DNA of 63,811 bases, the filler included, from Octopus bimaculoides (Eukaryota), in NCBI RefSeq assembly GCF_001194135.2. It is 6 parts of 6 records of this genome, joined end to end, with 100 filler letters (N's around TTAATTAATTAA, not from the genome) between each part and the next. Parts side by side here need not be neighbours in the genome. Positions count along the whole stretch, not along the records: positions 59,843 to 62,094 come from NC_068990.1; positions 62,195 to 63,811 come from NW_026397342.1; 4 more parts are not named here. The stretch is one strand, 5' to 3'. Shown in pieces: positions 61,934 to 63,811 of the stretch (the stretch's first letter is position 1; every line of letters begins with the position of its first letter). A program made the translations under genes and the position numbers. The notes beneath the pieces were generated by a model. The model made no database searches and was not told where the DNA came from. It saw only the letters and a program-made list of their open reading frames with translations.

Positions 61934-63811
61934 CCACAGTTCATATGGTTACCTTATAGTTGATCTATCTATAGATTGTTAACTAACCAGTATTTTCATT
62001 GTATTTATGATCCCTTAATAATGTTTATTACCTTTACTTGATACTATATGTATATATATATGTATGTATATATATATGTATATATATATATATANNNNNN
62101 NNNNNNNNNNNNNNNNNNNNNNNNNNNNNNNNNNNNNNTTAATTAATTAANNNNNNNNNNNNNNNNNNNNNNNNNNNNNNNNNNNNNNNNNNNNGTTTAT
62201 CATTTCAAACATTGACAAAAACATACCTTTAGTTTCTATCAGTGATTTCTACCACTCTATAAAATTCGATCTTTAACTGTCTTCTTACATTTCACTTCCA
62301 CCAAATATATCTATTTCTACGCCTTTAATCTTTATTCCCATCCATCTATCGCACTATATTTCTACATTTTTAATTTTCTGCTAATTTCTTTCTTTCTCTT
62401 CCTTCTCTTTCTACAAATTGTTTTTGACGTTAAATCTATTATTGGTTAAAAAAAAAATGTACCAGCATCCTCTTCATCATATATGCAGTAATCACATTCG
62501 ATTAAAATGTCTTATTGATACATTTTGTTTCTCTTTTTCTCCCTGATGAGATGATTGCATTGTTTTACATCATTTTATTCCTTCCGGAATGATACCAATG
62601 TTTTCTTCAAAACATAATGTTTCATTACCAATTTAACATCATCAGAAGATTTTTAATGCACAATGCATCAAATTTGATAACACTAGCATAACAACTATTT
62701 TTTTGTGCACATTAAAAGATTTTCTATTTTTCAGTGTGTGTAACAATTTTTAAATTCTAAAATATCTTTTTAACGCCTTAACCCGAAGAAAAAGAACAGT
62801 ACACATGGCTCTTTCTAGGCTTTCCATGACTGGGAAGAAGGAAAGAAGTTCTCCACTGACAAGAGACTTAGCTTCAATACTTGCAACAAAGTAATTTTTT
62901 TAAAACGTAGCTGAGAACCAAATGGTATATTAAACTGGGTAATAGGTGAAGTCTACAACTAAAGAGACTTCCATGTAGTATCAGTCTATCAAATTCTACT
63001 CACAAGATTTTGGTCAACCTGATGTCGTGGACACATTCCCAATGGGTTGTGAAGTGAGTTGAAAACCCAGATCGTATAGTTTTGAAGCAAGTTGTTTAAC
63101 CACATAATCATGTCTGCATTATAAAGCCAGCTTTGTGAGAAATGCTGAAATCGTTATGAATACTTTACAACTTTCCTGTCTAATAATGAATGTTAAATGA
63201 GTGTCACTTTCATAAATGTTTCATATCTTTCTATTTTTATGTGTGGAAGCCATGTATAAGCTGGAGGATTACTCATTCATGGATTGTATATTCAAACCCA
63301 CTACAGAATTTTCATACAGTATAACTGAATCAAATATCTACATTGCAGGGATTTGTTTATCTAAGGAAACCTTTCTTTTCTTTTATTCTTTTACTTGTTT
63401 CAGTCATTTGACTGTGGCCATACTGGAGCACCACCTTCGACCCCAGAACTTATTCTTTGTAAGTTTAGTACTTATTCTATTGGTCTCATTTGCCGACCAC
63501 TGAATTACAGGAATATAAACACACCAGCACCAATTGTCAAGCGCTGGCAAAGGGACAAACACAGACACACGCACAAATATATACACATACATACATACAT
63601 ATATATCTATATATATGTATGTATTTATTTATGTAAGTATGTATGTATGTATATGTAATATATGTTGTGTTATGCAGATGAAGAGAAACGGGTATTTATT
63701 CGTAATCCTGAAATCAATTGATACACAGCTAAACATCGTCATGACTCTTTTCTGTTTATTTCTTCGCTTTCAGCACGTGTTTATGTGATACTTAAGGTAG
63801 TTTAGCGCCAT

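Noticed and set aside
63122-63145. miR-2-like sequence (AGCCAGCTTTG)
   Set aside because: Only an 11-nt partial match, with no seed and no hairpin.

Overview
Repeat-dominated, AT-rich eukaryotic intergenic or intronic DNA, most likely from an octopus (coleoid cephalopod). This attribution rests on the tRNA-derived SINE families and the extreme microsatellite load. About 5 kb is N. Five gaps are artificial 100-bp joins (44 N + TTAATTAATTAA + 44 N). I find no intact protein-coding gene. Almost all listed ORFs are microsatellite or N artefacts, or pieces of decayed transposons. Supportable content: (1) several tRNA-headed SINE families, two copies with perfect TSDs; (2) fossil LINEs (R4/Dong-like RLE, Tx1/L1, RTE, probably L2/CR1); (3) Penelope-like element (PLE) fragments (RT, GIY-YIG); (4) a full-length decayed DD37D (maT) transposon, mariner fragments, MITEs (mariner, hAT, PIF/Harbinger, piggyBac types) and a canonical non-autonomous Helitron; (5) a U6 snRNA retrocopy fused to a SINE tail. 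The most interesting signals are a set of type I hammerhead-ribozyme-like motifs tied to PLE remnants, a ~1-kb fold-back, the U6/SINE chimera, an unexplained TpA-rich island with ~440-bp direct repeats, and a pair of paralogous exon-like segments 34 kb apart. All alignments, translations and counts were done by eye and need computational confirmation.
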